A stretch of DNA of 64,000 nucleotides from positions 34,472,001 to 34,536,000 of the forward strand of contig OZ231126.1 in assembly GCA_965153355.1 (NCBI GenBank), read 5' to 3'. This DNA is from Flaccisagitta enflata. Its lineage: Eukaryota. Position numbers and translations under genes: made by a program. Below, one piece after another: positions 1-12,334 of this stretch (positions are counted from its first letter, which is position 1; each line of letters starts with the position of its first letter). Below the pieces are notes generated by a model. It ran no database searches and was not told where the DNA came from. It saw only the letters and a list, made by a program, of their open reading frames with translations.

Positions 1-867
1 TCTACTGCCTTCATCACAGTAAGAACGCTTTTGACAAATGATCATACTGACGAGGCGGTTTTTTCTCAATTAACATGAGAATAATCAATTGAAGTCATTT
101 GCAGCGTATCTTGCTTAATTCATGGCATCCGTCGATTTCTCTTGACAAAACACAAATTTCATATTGAATGACGTGGAAAATTAACGGAAAAGTGAAGAAC
201 TGCATGATTCCCATTGGATAACAAAGAGAATGGTGAAAATTGAGAAGGTTGTAAACTTCCAATTGAATAACATGGTAAATTGACAAAAGGTTGGAAAAAT
301 GCAAAATTCCTATTGAATGACGTGGGGAGTTGCTGCCAAAGCCTCAAATATGCCCTATCAGGACGTCTGGAGATTCACCCCTGTGTCCTGCAGGACATCG
401 GCCCTTTGGGGCCGCTGCCCTGCTCTCACTCTAATTCTTCAGTTAATCACTCCAAGCAGGGCATCGGGTACCGCTGACCATGTGCGATCCTTCGATCCTT
501 CGATGACTTGAATACCGATTGAGATATATCGATATATGCATTCCGTCGATGTATGTTTCCCCTATTTTGAAAACTGGTACTTCGCTACAAAATCTTTGCT
601 CCAGTGCGTTTTTAGGTGCGACAAAGCACCTCTATATCTGGCTGTGTCCGTTGGTTGGTTGGTTGGTTGGTCGGTCGGTCTGTCTGTGGGGTAACGCATT
701 CGTTCGACGATCCACACGTCGCACCTTATTGGCCTACTTGGCCTTGTTTCCCCCTATATCCCTTTTTGATATGACTTTGCCATTGTGTGATTATCATGTC
801 TCGGGATTAAATTCATTTGTTAATTCCAAAATTCTCCGACAATTTTTCCGAAACCGGGTCGGCACAG

Positions 868-980
868 GTTGACTGTATCCAAGTGCACGACGAGGCCGAT
901 GTTACAGTTCCTTCGACAACGAAGAACATGATCAACGAATTTTGGTGGTTGGAGAAAGCCAACTGTTCTAAGAGAAAAAG
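868..980 (+). CDS. SPHK: Sphingosine kinase-family gene, upstream exon (probably not the first exon)
   Basis: cacag|GTT acceptor and AG|gttcat donor. 113 nt (VDCIQVHDEAD...EFWWLEKANCSKRK) ending in phase 2, which matches the next exon. Confidence 0.6.
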
Positions 981-1132
981 GTTCATTGCATTGCGAGGGA
1001 TGAGTGGTCAGTGTCACCCATTGTACCCCCTGCACGTTTATTTCAATAGTATGGGATGACCAATACTGCATTGCTGCATTGCCGCAAGCTGGGATTTTCA
1101 ATGGTGAAATAAAGAAAGGCAGACAGCTTAGT

Positions 1133-1335
1133 CAGGGAAAGTGAAAGAAAGAAGGAAAAAAGGAAAACAAGAAAGAAAGAAAGAAAGAACGAAAGAAAGT
1201 AAGAAAGAAAAAAAGAAAAAAAGAAAGAAAGAAAAAAAAAGAAAGAAAGCAAAAATGAAAGAAAGAAGCAAAGAAAGACAGAAAGAGAGAACGAAAGAAA
1301 GAAAGAAAGAAGGAAAAAAAAGAAAAAAAGAGGCA

Positions 1336-1395
<60 letters not shown>

Positions 1396-1474
1396 AAAAA
1401 AGAAAGAAGGAAAGAAAGACCGAAAAAAAGAAAGAAAGAAAGCAAGAAAGAAAGAAAGAAAGCCAGAGAGAAAA

Positions 1475-1546
<72 letters not shown>

Positions 1547-1603
1547 GAAGGAAGAAAAAAAGAAGGAAAGAAAGAAAGAAAGAAAGATACAAAGAAAGGA
1601 ACA
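1133..1603. repeat. (GAAA)n-type microsatellite in a SphK intron
   Basis: Degenerate GAAA runs seen directly. Confidence 0.95.
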
Positions 1604-1692
1604 ATTGAAAAAAGTATGGAGGAAAGGGAGATGCGTAAAGATAAGTAAAATGAAAGATTTGGCTTTTGCCACTGCACCGCTCTCCTAATCAG

Positions 1693-2368
1693 GTCCCGAT
1701 GTTGTCTTACATGCGGTGAACATGGGGTAAGCCTTACTCCATTGTCCGGCGACGGATTCGACACCTATCTCAGTTTCGACGAGATTGTTGGCTGCTTCCT
1801 CCACTCGACCACCCAAAACCAATTCCGTTCCAGTCAAACCGGACGAAGCGTCAACCCGTCGATCACCATCCCACGTTCAGGGTCGGAATTCGAAATATTT
1901 ACTGTAGTCGTTTACGCGCCAAAAATCGTTGGCAAGAACAGGAAGATGCGAGAGAACGCGCGAGTTAAGTTAAGGCGGAAAACGTTCACTTTTCTCGTCG
2001 ACGAGTTCCCGACTTTCAATGACAACCATCAGTTAGCCCGGAAGTGGCAATGGCGTCTGTCTCCAGTGTTGCGGGCTCGCGAAGTCAAAGCGAGGTTGTC
2101 TTTGGGGATTTCAGCAAAGGAACAAGTTCTTTTGTCGTCACCTCCTCGAAGTCCACGCGTCGTAGTCGTCATCAACCCCTACGGAGGAACAAGAAAAGCC
2201 AAGCGATTGTTTTACAACCAAGCAGCGCCTGTATTTCGTCAGGCAGGCATCGAGTTTGTCGTCGAAATTACCAAAAGTCAAGGATTTGCGCGGAAAATGG
2301 CAGAGGAAATGGATGTTGGCTCGGTCGACGCGATCATCGCCTGCTCGGGAGACGGAATCATTCACGAG
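1693..2368 (+). CDS. SPHK: Sphingosine kinase-family exon: N-terminal region (..DEIVGC..) plus start of the DAGK catalytic domain
   Basis: ctaatcag|G acceptor and GAG|gttgaa donor. Encodes VVINPYGGTRKA, FRQAGIEF and IIACSGDGIIHE, the NPxGG and SGDG motifs of SphK. Confidence 0.9.
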
Positions 2369-2968
2369 GTTGAAACAGAAGATTGTTTGAGGGAAACGTA
2401 GTACCGACTGTCGAATGAATTTCGCAGAATTACAGCCTTATCAGTCCTCGCCCCTTTTGATACTCCACCAGACTTTATGTTGCGGACTCGTGACTAAGAA
2501 AGACTTTGTCCATCCGTCTGTCCGTCATGCTTGAGTAGAAGAATATGCGTCCGTCCGTCACAAAGTCGTTTTTCTGGTTTTTTTTTCCTCTTTGGTTTTC
2601 CTCTGCTGCCAATCCGTCCGCGACTAATGCTGCGGTGTATACAGCGCTTTCTGACACCTTGTTTCTCTTTTGTTCTGCAACTTATTTTTTGTAAGATTAA
2701 GAAGACCACAGATTCGGACGACTGTTCCAATGATTTTTTAAGACCGAATGAAGTCCGATAGACTGACACTGACACTGACACTGAAATATGAAAAAATGGA
2801 AATGTAATCTTCGAACCCGCTTGTCAAAGAAATGCAATACGAATGAAATGTGACCCACCCATGAACGGACACAACCTAAACAGAGATGTAACGACGTATT
2901 TTTACAATAATTGATATGCTCTAATATGTTTCCATAATATCTGTTGTCATATATACATGCCCAGTAAG

Positions 2969-3038
2969 ATCTTCAACGGCCTTCTCCATCGACGCGACGC
3001 AACTTCCGCACTCAAAACGCCGATAGGCATTTTACCTG
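2969..3038 (+). CDS. SPHK: Sphingosine kinase-family exon (IFNGLLHRRDATSALKTPIGILP-G)
   Basis: Continues the SphK consensus (E-x-x-NGL..R.D...A...P.G.LP). CCTG|gtgagc donor, phase 1. Confidence 0.9.
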
Positions 3039-3060
3039 GTGAGCGGTTTGGCATACAATA

Positions 3061-3628
3061 TAGGTGGCTTGAGCGGGATAAAGTGTCGTTAGGGGCTTAT
3101 TTCCCATCAGGGTGGGATTTGGTAGTCTGTGTAGGTGGCTTGAGCGGGATAAAGTGTCGTTAGGGGCTTATTTCCCATCAGGGTGGGATTTGGTGGTCTG
3201 TGTAGGTGGCTTGAGCGGGATAAAGTGTCGTTAGTGGCTTATTTCCCATCAGGGTGGGGTTTGGTGGTCTGTGTAGGTGGCTTGAGCGGGATAAAGTGTC
3301 GTTAGGGGCTTATTTCCCATCAGGGTGGGATTTGGTAGTCTGTGTAGATGGCTTGAGCGGGATAAAGTGTCGTTAGGGGCTTATTTCCCATCAGGCTGAG
3401 ATTTGGTGGTCTATGTAGGTGGCTTGAGCGGGATAAAGTGTCGTTAGGGGCTCATTTCCTATCAGGGTGGGATTTGGTGGTCTGTGTAGGTGGCTTGAGC
3501 GGGATAAAGTGTCGTTAGGGGCTTATTTCCCATCAGGGTGGGATTTGGTGGTCTGTGTAGGTGGCTTGAGCGGGATAAAGTGTCGTTAGGGGCTTATTTC
3601 CCATCAGGGTGGGATTTGGTAGTCTGTG
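3061..3628. repeat. Minisatellite, 8 x 71 bp
   Basis: Unit TAGGTGGCTTGAGCGGGATAAAGTGTCGTTAGGGGCTTATTTCCCATCAGGGTGGGATTTGGTAGTCTGTG, repeated at 3061, 3132 and onward to 3628. Confidence 0.95.
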
Positions 3629-3746
3629 CAATACCAGTGAGTGATCGCACAAGAAAAGACCGGAAACTTAATGAACCGGCTTAAGCAACGCGGTGTTGAC
3701 CAGACTGTCATACGAAATGATACCAACGCGACGGATTGACGAAATG

Positions 3747-4775
3747 CAGGAGTGTATTAAGTTGAGCGGCCTTTGATTTCTTCCCCCCCCCCCCCTGGTC
3801 TTTGATTTCCTTCCCCGCCAAGTCGAAAAATAGTTAGGTTTATTTACCCCATAGAGTATAAATATACTATCTAGGAAAAATATACGGACACCTAACCATG
3901 GTTAACATTACTATAAAATTATTCAATATCAATAAAAAAACATACTCATTACATGTTTTGGTTGCTTACTAAGAAATTAGGGATACTCTGAATTAAGTTG
4001 AAAATTATATCAAGTTGAAAAATCATAGACCAATCCTATAAAAACTCGAAACAGAGACACTTGATAGTTCAAAATATCATATAATAATGGGAAATGGATT
4101 TATTGGAACATGTTTTTCATTCAGTGATTTAAAAGACTAAGTTTTCTCCAGCTGTCCATATATCTATTTCCTAGATAGTAGTATAAATATTGTCAGAATA
4201 GTGTAAAATAGGGTTGTAGCAGTCAAATACACTTTTTTTTTCATAAGAACGTCATTTTTTTTTCGAAGGCTTCATGTTCTTATTTTTAAGGCTAAATAAA
4301 GCCTTCAATGTTCTTAGAGCATTCTTAATTTAAAATACTATATAAACTATGGGAAAACTCATAAAATACTATAGTTAACTTATATCAAATATATTTCTAT
4401 TAAATGTTGTTAAAACAAATGCCAAACATTAAAGTCTAAAGATATTTTTATGATATTTATATTAAAAATTATATAATACTATCTAAATTATATTAAAATT
4501 CAAGTGTTTTAGAAATATTCTTTAAAAATTACCTTCAGCAAAAATTTTTTTCAAGATTTGAAGCCTTCGTATGTTCTTAAGATGTTTTTAATTTTGGGGC
4601 CATTTGAAGCCTTGATGTTCTTATAAACTAGGTTCTTATAAAAAAAGTGTACTATCTTTTGGAACTGTCAAAAGTGTAATATCTTTAAAGATTTAGTTTT
4701 TTCTACTTTTCCACCCTTTCTCCGAACCCTTTGATTTTATTTGCATCCCCCCCCCGTCAACTATATACACCCCTG
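3747..4775. mobile_element. hAT-type non-autonomous element
   Basis: Imperfect TIRs CAGGAGTGTATTAAGTTGA / TCAACTATATACACCCCTG. 8-bp TSD ACGAAATG/ACGAAAAG (7 of 8 match). Confidence 0.7.
4230..4649. mobile_element. TA-flanked MITE (CACTTTT..ATAAGAAC family), copy 1
   Basis: TA|CACTTTTTTTTTCATAAGAAC ... GTTCTTATAAAAAAAGTG|TA. Related copies at 7793-8291 and 11946-12334. Confidence 0.75.
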
Positions 4776-4957
4776 ACGAAAAGTCAATTCTGACAGAGGA
4801 TGTGATGACGCATTGACAATGGCAAAATGAAAAAAAAAATCCTGTGTTGTGCGTCGACGTAAGTCTTGTTTAAACGCACATACCGGCATACCCCGCATTG
4901 ATTACATCACTTAAAGCGCCCCAAAAGTTTACCCATGACTTCACCCAATTAACCATC

Positions 4958-5674
4958 CACTGTGCTTTTAAAACAATTCTGAGTGAAAAGTCATATAACT
5001 GTGCACAAATCATCATTGCAAGCACCAGTAGTATAATAAGCAGAATGTTTATTTTTATGATGGAGTAGTACAGTGCAAACTTTTTGGTTTGCTTTTTGCA
5101 CTGTACTACTCCATGAAAATAAACATTCTGCAAATAACTGTGGGTTTTTCTGCATTTTTGAGCAGTATTGGGGTGTTAGAGCATGTGACTAGCAAAAACA
5201 AAATCAGTTCCGGAGTGCTTTTTGAGTAATCTTCAAAATCAGAAAAAGATAGACCAAATTTCAATGCAGATTCTTCTGGGATTTGTTGACAAAAATTCTG
5301 AATATATATTATTAATCTATGCAAAATTCCCTTTCATTTGATAGGTTGCACTCAATATTTTTGCAAAGAATTAATTTTTATTTTTTAAGTCACCGTTACA
5401 AAAAAGTAACGGTGGCTTAAAATATGAAAACCTAATTTCTTTATAAAACCATATTGTGTGACCTATCTAATGTAAGGAAATTTTGTATAGAATAACGATA
5501 TGGAATTTAAAAATGAGTCTATCTAACTCATTTGAATCTGCATTTAAGATAGAGGTTCGGGGAATGATTTTGTTTTTGCTAGTTACATGCTCATACACCC
5601 CAATACTGCTCAAAAATGCAGAAAAACCCACAGTTATATGACTTTCCACTGAGAATTTTTTTAAAAGCACAGTG
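4958..5674. mobile_element. Fold-back MITE with CAC...GTG ends and 4-bp TSD (Chapaev-type)
   Basis: CATC|CACTGTGCTTTTAAAA ... TTTTAAAAGCACAGTG|CATC. Long internal inverted arms (about 5137-5205 versus 5563-5635). Confidence 0.7.
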
Positions 5675-7092
5675 CATCGCAATAGCTTGTTGAAAAAATG
5701 TTCTTTGCAAAATTTCCAACCACTCTGATGTTGGGGACCTCTGTTAGGAAAAGTTTGAAGCATTTTAAGAAGTTACAGGTGGGGTACAGTAGATGTCGTC
5801 TAGACTTAGAAATACGGGGGAGCTCATAACCTGAGTATCAGTACAGTAGAGGGACTGATATTTTTCTGGTGTAATGTATAGGCTCTAAGGGGTTGACGAT
5901 GGGGTATGGCATCCCCCTATGGCTTACCTTAGGAAAAAAACTTTCAGTATAAAACTATGGGATCAATCATTTTTTTAGCAGAATTTCAGCTTCATCTATT
6001 TGCTGAAATTGCAAAACCAGCTCGGGATTTGATCCTGGTACTTTTAAATAAACTGATGCCAATAGATTTGAAGTCAAGTGAGTTAACCACTAGACCCACT
6101 CCACTAACTGTTAGAATAGAACACTCATAAAAAAATGAAAATTATATTTGTTGATATTATAATTTTTGGTTCCAAAGTTATATTTTTCAAATTTTTGTCT
6201 TATTATATAGATTATACAGTTGGGTCGACTCTTTCTTTTTTTTATCAAAATGGTCCTTGGGGAGGTCGCTATCATTGTTCAAAAGATGAGCATTAGTGCT
6301 TCAGCGGTGTGCTAGCTAGGAACGATTAACTGTTATTACACCAGTTATACAATGACGCTCCAAAAAATTTTACTGAAACACTTATTTGAGGATTGATCAT
6401 GGTCTTCACTATCAGGAAAAATCCATACATTTACATATAGAGTGCTGCAGTTAAAAAAATGGCTGCAAAGAAAAAGCCTTAAAGTTATATTGATTGTAAT
6501 TCGTACGCCGGCAAGTAGAGAAACTGTATAATCGATCTAATTGGACTCTAAAATTTCGGTCCAAAAATGGGAAAAAAAAAAACACTGAAAATCGACAAAT
6601 TATCGCCAAATAAGGGCCTAAAAAAATTCGATAAAAAAAGTTAAAGTCCGGGAGTATTATAATCCATATAATAATACTTTAAAAAATTTCACTTAGTTGT
6701 GCTTAGCAAAAAAAAAAAAAAATATTCTGGATTTACACGTTTCAAACAAAAATAAAAATTCCAAAAAAAGTTGAAAAAAAGTTAAAGTTTTTTTAATTAT
6801 ATCCAGAGTCTAATTTAAAACATAAAATTTTGACGATCTGACAAACATCTCAAAACGCCTAAGTCTTTTGTTCTTTTGTTTCTCGGAAAAACAGGATCTT
6901 TCGTCTCCTACTGTGTCTTTTCTTTTACCGCTGAAAGAGCGTGTGAAAGCGACACCTATGCAAAACTTGGTTGCTCGGGATGAGCAACTCGCTTGCGCTT
7001 TTGTTTGCGCATCCTCCTCTCCGGTCGCCGAAAATGTTTATCAACTTTTGACTACAGAATTTTTTTTTCTTTCGTCTCGCGCGCCTGTTCGT

Positions 7093-7202
7093 CACGCTGC
7101 CCGGTTGGGCAACAATTTATGCAATATATTTTTAAAACGATCCGCTACGCTAGCCGATTTTAAAAATATATTGCATAAATTGTTGCCCAACCGGGAAGCG
7201 TG
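7093..7202. repeat. Near-perfect hairpin with a stem of about 45 bp
   Basis: CACGCTGCCCGGTTGGGCAACAATTTATGCAATATATTTTTAAAA ... TTTTAAAAATATATTGCATAAATTGTTGCCCAACCGGGAAGCGTG. Confidence 0.9.
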
Positions 7203-7307
7203 AACCCATCTATATTGCCGCGTTGCATGCGTGCGTGAAGTAAATCACAGGTGTAATACGCAATGTTTTATTTTTACAGCAATAAATTGACTTTAATTAT
7301 TTGGAAA

Positions 7308-10300
7308 ATGAATTACCCACCTTTTACCGGCGATTTCGACATCGGCGAGTTGGGTGACGTGGATCCTGACGCTGAAGACTCATTTCGTTTCAACGACTTC
7401 GTTTTACGATGGCGGCAAGGAATGCCGCCCAACTATGAAAAATTACTCTACGTTGAACTCGTAGACGGGCAATCGAGACTCATTGGACGTTACATCAAAG
7501 CACATAAGGTAAATATATGGTAGCGTGCTTTGTTCTTTCATTACTTCACGCATGAGTACACTTCGGCGTTTACACTAGCGAGTCGTAAATTTGCTATCCA
7601 TTTTTTTATTTACATCAGAAAATATGGCTCGAAGACGTACAATGTTTCGTGGTAAGCGATGGGACGACGGGCGGTTTTTCGAGCAAAGCGACCGAGACGC
7701 CACAAAGTCTTCGTAAGAAACTGGAGAATTTGGGTGAGTCTGGTGATTGCGTCGGGTTGGTTTAGAATGAATTGACAAAATAACTTGCCTTACACTTTTT
7801 TTTTTTATAAGAACGTCATTTTTTGAGCAAGCCTTCAATGTTCTTAAATTTTCAGCAGTTTCAAGGCTTGAACGTTCTTAAATTGTTCTTAATTCAAACG
7901 CATTTTTTAGCCTTCAATTAAGAACGTTCTTAATTAGTTTCAAGTTGGTCATTAAGGAGAAAATGAAGGAAAATGTCAATGAAACAATAAAGAAGTAGAT
8001 TTAAACATTTTAAATGAATTAAGATCATTGAAAGTAGAAAAACATATGCTATATAAAGTGAGACATGATTTGCTGAACAGAAAAGATATGGAGTCTGTCC
8101 ATTTACAAAGAACAATTGATTAAAAAAAAAACAGAAAAAAAAATGTTCTTAGATTTTTAAGATTTCAAGCCTAATGTTCTTAATTTTTTCAAGAAATGAA
8201 GCCTTCCAATGTTCTTAGCATGTTCGTAAATTTTTGACGATTTGAAGCCTAACGTTCTTATAAACTTGGTTCTTATAAAAAAAAATAAGTGTATTTTTTG
8301 AACGCAGTAATGATTGAGCGCATGAATGAAACCGTGGGGGTTTGAGACGGAGTAGGAACGAAGACTTTAAGTTTAACACTCAGCTCTGCCCGCTTTTAAA
8401 GTTAGCGTCACGGACAGACATGAGTTGTTTGACTCTTGCCTCGTTATAGGTTACGTATTATGCAGTTAAAGTAGGTCATACCCAATGTTTTTTTAATATG
8501 CTTACAGGTGTCTCGAATCGTCAAGTGATTTATCACTCAAAGGATGGGCACGTCACAACTGTCCCGCCGTGGGAACGCAACATATCTAGCCTGGGTAAGT
8601 ATTGTCGCTTTACGTTAACAACGTTAGAGGCTATAACCTATAAAATTGTCGTGCGTAGTCTTTCACAACTTAACGGCAATTGAACGTTTTCCTTCATGGT
8701 TTGTGGTTCGCGTATTAACTGTAGGTCGGGCGTATTAACTTAAGTGTTTGTTCGTGCCTACTAGCTTAACGTATATCAACATAACCGTTATCAACTTAAT
8801 TGTAATTAACTTTTAATTATTAATTATTATTTATTAATGATTAATAATCGATTATTAATTATTAATTTTTCTCTTAGTAATTAGTAATTATTAATCATTA
8901 TTCATTATTGATTATTATTAATTATTAATTATCAAGTATTAATTATTAATTATTAATTGTATTTTTTTTTGCGTATTAACATAACTGTAATTAATTTAAC
9001 ATCGTGTGTATTAACTTAACTGTATGTTCGTGCCGAATACTTTAACGTTCGCCGTATTAACTCAAGTGTTTGTACATGCGTATCCACTTAACTGCGGTTA
9101 CGCTAATAGGCACTACGTTAACTTAACGTCGTGCATATTAATTTCCACGTTATTAGCTTAACCGTAATTAATATTAATTATTAACTATTAACTTTTATTA
9201 ATTAGAGCGTTATAAACTTAAGTGTAATGAAACTTAACGTCGTGCGTCTCAACTTTGGGCACCCAAATTATAACCAATGTAACTTTGTACTTACAGAGGA
9301 AATCATCCTCGAAAGTGTTGGTCGACGCCTTCATCCATCGACAGTAATTTCGACGTCGTCCACGGCATCCACGTTATCGGCATCGCATCCCATCGCTTCC
9401 CCGTCGTACACGCCGGCAACGCAACCCGTCGATTCCTTGCCCGTAATTTCGACGTCGTCTACGATCCCTCCGTCATCGGCAACGCATCCCGACGTTTCCC
9501 TGTCGACGCCCTCCACGATCCCTCCGTCATCGGCAACGCATCCCGACGTTTCCCTGTCGACGCCCTCCACGATCCCTCCGTCATCGGCAACGCATCCCGA
9601 CGTTTCCCTGTCGACGCCCTCCACGATCCCTCCGTCATCGGCAACGCATCCCGACGTTTCCCTGTCGACGCCCTCCACGATCCCTCCGTCATCGGCAACG
9701 CATCCCGACGTTTCCCTGTCGACGCCCTCCACGATCCCTCCGTCATCGGCAACGCATCCCGACGTTTCCCTGTCGACGCCCTCCACGATCCCTCCATCGG
9801 CAGTGTCAACATCGGCAACGCAAGCCATCGTTTCCGGGCCGGTAATGTCGACGTCCGTATCACCACCTGTTACCTTGGCGGTGTCCTCCCAGTCGTTTTC
9901 AGCATCTGCTACGCCGCAGTCTGTTTCCAAAATTTTAAGCCCATCTGGACCTTTCGCGATGACACCGTCGCCAACGCCAAGTATGCTGGGGTTATCGCCA
10001 CGAACGGAGCCATTGGAGCCGCCGGCAATGTTGCCGGAGTTTTTGTCTTTCTCAGCCGGGGAGTTGAAGCGACCGGCGGCGCGAAGATTGGACAACAAAA
10101 CCAATCGTTCGTCAACCTCGACAAGAAGCGTCGTCATGTCGCCGCCGTTATCGGCGGATCGAATTTCAGCATCGTCCCCATCGTCGTTGAATTGCCATAT
10201 AGGTAAATATATGTGCGTGTGTAAGTAATTGCAATTAACATCAATTCAAGAAGGTCCAAGTCTTTTCATTGATTATAACTTTACGTTTTTAACGCCTGCT

Positions 10301-10313
10301 CGCCAATTTATTG

Positions 10314-10393
<80 letters not shown>

Positions 10394-11607
10394 CTGACGC
10401 TTATGCTGATGTTCTTATAACTCTATACCAAAATTTGGGGATAGGAAATTTATTTTATTTTTACTTCGGTTCTTTAAGAAAATAATCCTTTTTAAAAAAA
10501 ATAAATAGCATTGATTTTTACTAAATGATGTATCATTTTGCTTAGATAAAATATCAAGCAATTAATGTTATTTTTAACTTGTATTTAATAATATTGAATG
10601 TCAGTTATATCAGTGTAAAGATTAATTTCACCGTTAATCGCTTAAATGTAGTTAAACGAAACGTCGTGCGTGTTAACTGTAATTAAACGTCGTCTTTCGG
10701 CAGCCAAATTATAACTAATGTAACTTTTTGCCGCTTGTTGTTTTCAGACGAATGGGTGTCGGACTTTCACGCCGCTTCTGTTGCCGAGGCTGCCGAGCGT
10801 GTTCCTTCCGTTGGCGTTTCGTCAAACGCATCGATGACGACGTCAAATTCCGCCGTAGCCTCGACTAGTGACAATGCGACGAATGTGTTGACCCCTGTCG
10901 ACCCCTCAGCAGTCACCGCTTCTTCCAGTTCCGAGCGCGTTGCTGTCGCGCATTCCCTTGTCGCCTTACAAGACGTGAGGTTCAACGACGTCACTGCTTC
11001 CTACGCAACGTCTGTTACATCGCCAGCACGTTCACCGTTGGATTTGTCTACATCGTCGCGAGCTCTTTATTTTCGACTTAATGAAGATTCGTCCAACGAT
11101 TCGGGCTTCGTGTTAAGAGGTTCCTCTCCAGTTCCCGATGACAATAGTGCACCGAGGTCTCGTTCAAGCAGCGTTGGGAGTTCATCCGTAGATGGCGAAA
11201 ACTCTGCCTCTGAAAAAAATGTTCTTTCGATTTCGGATCGTCGACAACCCATTGCCAGGGTGGCAAAACGACCCGTATCCTACTCAGACAACGCACCACC
11301 AGCAGTTTCCAATTCTGCCAAGCGTGGACGTGGAGCCGGTGGTAAACGCGGGGCTGGAGCCGGGGGGAAACGCGGGGCTGGAGCCGAGGGGAAACGTGGT
11401 GCTGGAGAAGGTGGCAGACGCGGGGGAAAGTCAAAGGACAGTTTGGAAGAGGCGACGAAAAGGAAGCATGGGTTACAGGACAATTTTGCATCGTTTGTGA
11501 ACAATGTGAATAAAATGCATGTTCCGCGAGTAAAATTTAGTGGAGTAACTTACTCCAACGCCCAAAATAACCGTATGTCGTCCATAGATCCTCCTTCCTT
11601 TCCTTGA
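7308..11607 (+). CDS. Transposon cargo gene A: 5 exons (7308-7508, 7619-7733, 8508-8594, 9297-10202, 10748-11607), 722 aa, Ser/Thr/Pro-rich with a PLDLS motif and an RG-rich tail; function unknown
   Basis: All GT-AG junctions are in compatible phase (0,1,1,1) with no internal stops. About six 54-bp coding repeats (STIPPSSATHPDVSLSTP). The 3' end is uncertain because of a possible donor near 11573. Confidence 0.72.
7793..8291. mobile_element. TA-flanked MITE, copy 2, in intron 2 of gene A
   Basis: TA|CACTTTTTTTTTTTATAAGAACG ... GTTCTTATAAAAAAAAATAAGTG|TA. Confidence 0.75.
9459..9802 (+). repeat. 54-bp in-frame coding tandem repeat, about 6 copies
   Basis: ACGATCCCTCCGTCATCGGCAACGCATCCCGACGTTTCCCTGTCGACGCCCTCC repeated almost perfectly. 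Confidence 0.95.
10316..10393. repeat. (GAT)n microsatellite
   Basis: Seen directly. Confidence 0.95.
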
Positions 11608-11945
11608 CCCTCCTGGCTTCCCATGATCTTACTGGCTTCCCATATGGGGTTTATTATTGTTGATTTGATTTATTTTACAAATTGCAAGTTGCAATAACTT
11701 TTCGATTTAGACTAGTTGAGCATTATGCATCTCAAAGTAAATTTGCGAGATGGTAGTATAGAGTTGGAATGTACGCTAAAAGAACTCTTTGTGTTGATGG
11801 CGTGTTTGGGCGGAATCCTAGCCCTAACCCCTAATCCTTCTCGAGGTTAGCTAGTTTTAATTACAATTTTATATTAGATTTATAATTTCATGTTAGATTT
11901 TAAAGTTTTTTATTTGCTTATTTGTTCGTTCGCCTGTTTTGCTTA

Positions 11946-12334
11946 CAAGCTTTTCTTTCTATAAGAACACTGTTTATAAGAACATTAGCCTCAGATTTGG
12001 CCAAAAAACAAGAACATCTTAAGAATATATTGAGCCTCAGATTTAATAATAAAAATATAATTTTCTTTAAAAAACATAAAATTAGATGGAAAACTCTAAA
12101 TGATAGACATTTTGATACTGATTTCAAAAATAATAATTTACCATTTATTGAATATTAATCTTACATTTCTTTTCATTTTCTAGAAATATTTCATTATAGA
12201 TATGTAATAATAAAGAAGTAATTTTATTCTAAAATAAGAACATATTAAGAACGCTTGAGCCTGAAATCAGGGCTAAGAATAAGAACACTGAGGCTGACCT
12301 CAAAAACCCATGTTCTTATAAAATGAAAAGCGTG
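11946..12334. mobile_element. TA-flanked MITE related to copies 1 and 2
   Basis: TA|CAAGCTTTTCTTTCTATAAGAACA ... TGTTCTTATAAAATGAAAAGCGTG|TA. Confidence 0.65.

Noticed and set aside
1043-1764. Long F/L/S-rich and K/E/R-rich ORFs
   Set aside because: Translations of the (GAAA)n microsatellite. The same applies to ORFs over CT, CA, CTT, GTT and GAT runs elsewhere (44969-45550, 49671-50185, 53869-54526, 59921-60766).
3061-3628. CRISPR-like array
   Set aside because: Units are contiguous tandem copies with no unique spacers, the context is a eukaryotic intron, and no cas genes are present.
6016-6100. tRNA-like remnant on the minus strand (GGTCTAGTGGTTAA...GGATCAAATCCC)
   Set aside because: Too degenerate to fold as a cloverleaf. 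It lies within the flanking MITE and is at most a decayed tRNA-derived piece.
9331-10137. Minus-strand 268-aa ORF with ADDGGIVEGVDRETSGCV repeats
   Set aside because: Antisense shadow of the repeat-rich exon 4 of gene A. Splice signals and phase support the + strand.
11098-11125. DSGFVL as a beta-TrCP degron in protein A
   Set aside because: Lacks the second serine of the canonical DSGxxS motif.
11711-11846. Possible sixth exon of gene A (HLKVNLRDGSIELEC...)
   Set aside because: No acceptor puts it in frame with the candidate phase-1 donor near 11573 without a stop.
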